From Scyliorhinus canicula (Eukaryota): 64,000 bases of DNA. Positions 61,345-64,000 of this stretch are shown one piece after another. The stretch covers positions 109,395,811 through 109,459,810 of the forward strand of contig NC_052162.1 of the NCBI RefSeq assembly GCF_902713615.1, in the 5' to 3' direction. A program made the position numbers and the translations under genes. Under the pieces are notes generated by a model, which was not told the DNA's origin, made no database searches, and saw nothing but the letters and a program-made list of their open reading frames with translations. Position 1 is the stretch's first letter; each line of letters begins with the position of its first letter.

Positions 61345-63805
61345 TGTTGAATCTGCCACAGCAGTGAAACAGCAGGGAGAAAATGATGAAAAAGATTTAT
61401 TAGTAATAATCAAATACTCCACTCCCTGAAGGGTCTGCATCCTCAACCTACACCCAGGTCAGTTTTTTTTAATACTAGTGTGGGTATCCCTTGTTAAGGT
61501 GAAACTTCGCCCCAGTTACCGGGATGTTTATATTCTGTGAAGGTCACGGGGAATTGGACTGTCTTTATTCCTTGACTTCCGTGGGGCTTATAACACTCTT
61601 ACCCCCCCCACCCCCCACACCAAATCTAGGGTGACGCCCGTGTCAGTAGGCTAACACGAAAAGTCTCTTGGCTTCTTAGCCCAGGGATGGCTTTCGGGCG
61701 CTATCTATCGTACGTGGAGTTGTATACCTGACCAGAGAGTGGCGTTTTTGCAAGCATCGCTTGGGCTGGACTGGCTCATTTGTGGGACCTGGCACGGGCT
61801 TCCATCGGCGCAACACATTCATGTCAGATTCTGAGTCGGAGCTGGGTGGGACATCATCCGGCATCAAAGTGCCTTCGACCTCAGCGTTCAGACTCTCGTC
61901 AGATGACACTACCGGGAGCAGTGGAGAAAGCATTGGCGAAGGCGGGAAAGGGTTCTGGATCAAGGATTCTGAAACTGGGTCTGGCACGTCGGCAGCATGG
62001 CATTGGAGATGGTCAACCTGCCGATTGGACTCACGGCCCTGTGCCCATACCCTATACAAAACCAGTGCAGTTTGCGGCCACACGACACGTGGGATCCATG
62101 CGTACCCTTTGCAGAAATTCTGGACGTGCATGAGATCACCGTGGGCGAACTTGTGCAACAGCGTATGCCAGCCTGCATCCGCCTATGTTCCCTCCTACCC
62201 ACGGCAGACTCCCTCCAATGCCTGGGATAACCAAACCTAGACAGGTAAGGAGGCCACCCATCAACAACTCAGCCCCTGCGACTCCTGTTGTGACGTGTGG
62301 TGCCGTCCGGTAACGAGAAGAAGTGTGCCTGTCGAGTCTCCCAGGAACTCGAGATCTGGTTCTTCATCCAGAGCACACACCCCATGTGTGCTGAATATTT
62401 GACGCAACCTATCGACAGCGGCCCGCGTGGTCGTTGGCTGCATCCTGTTGACTTCCATCCACTTTTAGTGAGTGTTCACGACGTGAAGGAACATTGCCCC
62501 CTGGGAAGGTCCAGCAAAGTCGATATGGAGGCGGGTTCACGGTCGACCTGGCCACTCCCATAGGTGGAGCTGCACTGCTGTTGAGAGTTTTTGGTGCTCC
62601 TGGCATGGTGTGCAACATTGGGCCAAGTTTTCTATGTCTGTGTCAATCTCAAGCCACCATACATAACTGCGGGTCAGCATCTTCATCTTTCACACCCCAG
62701 TGAGTCAATTGTCGAGGTCTTGCAAGAGTGGACCACGCCCTCGCTCCTGAACTACCACTCATGTTCCGCACAAGATCATGTCATCCTCAATAATGTATCT
62801 TGGAAGCATATGCCTTCAAATTGCCTGGCAGAACTCCATACAGTATGATGTGTTTGATGCGGGACATCTGCGGGTCTATCTGGATCCAGCTTCGCATGTG
62901 AGATGCCGTTACCAGCAGGGAGTCCATAAAATGGAGGGATGCGATGATCTCATTGGCCAATGCCAATGTGGGTGGCCTGGTAGGGAGGAGAAGGTGGCTC
63001 AGTGCATCAGCATGGGAAATCTTGCTCCAGCACATACTTGAATGCTACTGATAACAGTGTCCATCGCTGAATCCTAGCAGAGGCTATGGGGAGGAAATTG
63101 CCCGGTCCTCCTTAAACAAACCGAGTCAAGATTTGTGGTCCAGGAAGACGGTGAACGGATGTCTGTAGACATATGAGTGAAAATGTATCACCCCAAAAAC
63201 CACGGCCAACCCTTCCTTTTTGTTCTGAGCATAATTCTTCACAGCGTCAGCAAGTATCTGTGATATGAATGTAATGGGGCGCTTCGACCCATTGTCCATT
63301 TGGTGGGAATGGACATCCCAAACCATATAGGGCGAAGCATTGCGTGCCAGCAATAGTTTTTTGGATGGGTTGAAGTGGGTCAGCAGTTTTGAGGACAACA
63401 GTTGTTGCCTTGCCCTTGCAAAGGCTGTGTCCTCTGCCTCGGCCCATTTCCAAGGGTGCCCCTTTTTTAAACAGATGGTGGAGGGAGGGCTAATAGCTTG
63501 GCCAAGTTGGCGATAAATTTCTCATAATAGTTCACTCGGCCTGAAAATGAACGAAGTTCCGTCAGCCCGCTGGGTACAGGGGCCTGCCGGATCACCTATA
63601 CCTTCTCCTCCATGGGATGCAATCCATGACAGTCCACGGGGTCACCTAGGTAAGTTGAAAATGCACTTCTCTCTTCAGAGGTGAATGCCAGCCTCCTCAA
63701 ATAACCGGAGGACCTCGGCCAGGCGTGCCCGTAATCAGAACACCATCCAGGTATACTGCCATGCATAGGAGCCTGCTGTTTTCCATCACACTCTGGAAGA
63801 CATGT
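61345..63805 (-). mobile_element. Gypsy (Mag/K02A2.6-like) pol remnant with 3' LTR
   Basis: RT VYLDGVLIT, RNase H NYAQNKKEGLAVVFGV...FTVFLDHK, integrase region. G-rich PPT, then TGTTATAAG...TTCAACA LTR (61595-61345). Confidence 0.85.
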
Positions 63806-64000
63806 CTGCAGGATGACCAGATATGGAAACTGAATGTGCAGGGGTATTTGTTATTGAGGAAGGACAGACAAAAGGGAAAAGTCGGTGGAGTTTGTGTCCT
63901 GGTTAAAGAGGAAATTAAAGCAATCGTGAGGAAAGTTATTAGCTCTGACTATGGGGAATTTTGCCTTCTGTGACCGAGCCAGTTCTGTACCCATCTTACC

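Overview
Eukaryotic, repeat-dense vertebrate DNA. The SINE/LINE families point to a cartilaginous fish (shark/catshark-like; inferred from recognition, not from a search). The backbone is a tandemly duplicated cluster of KRAB-less C2H2 zinc-finger genes on the minus strand: ZNF-A (25 fingers, 8471-10642), ZNF-B (15 intact fingers, 24642-26027) and a probable pseudogene ZNF-C (~44270-45415). ZNF-A and ZNF-B each have a large finger exon, a conserved splice acceptor and a duplicated CpG-rich promoter/first-exon module. There are four module copies (~2.2-2.9, 17.0-17.5, 29.3-30.0 kb and an inverted one at 54.6-55.3 kb), and ZNF-C has none in its own orientation. Most other sequence is nested transposon debris: HE1-type V-SINEs, a second tRNA-SINE, CR1, L1-clade, Tx1, Rex1/Babar, Gypsy/LTR elements, a hAT MITE with an 8-bp TSD, a fold-back Penelope element and a 29-bp minisatellite. 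The most interesting observations are: (1) a U2-snRNA-derived sequence with a compensated stem forming the 3' end of a Tx1-like element; (2) one atypical finger type amplified 1 to 4 to 25+ copies across paralogs, with variation concentrated at DNA-contact positions; (3) parallel decay of the N-terminus in all three ZNFs, with a new start codon in two; (4) a young Penelope palindrome carrying minimal hammerhead ribozyme motifs; (5) locally templated insertions associated with SINEs. Repeat boundaries were placed by eye and are approximate. Most ORFs in the track are spurious or transposon fragments.
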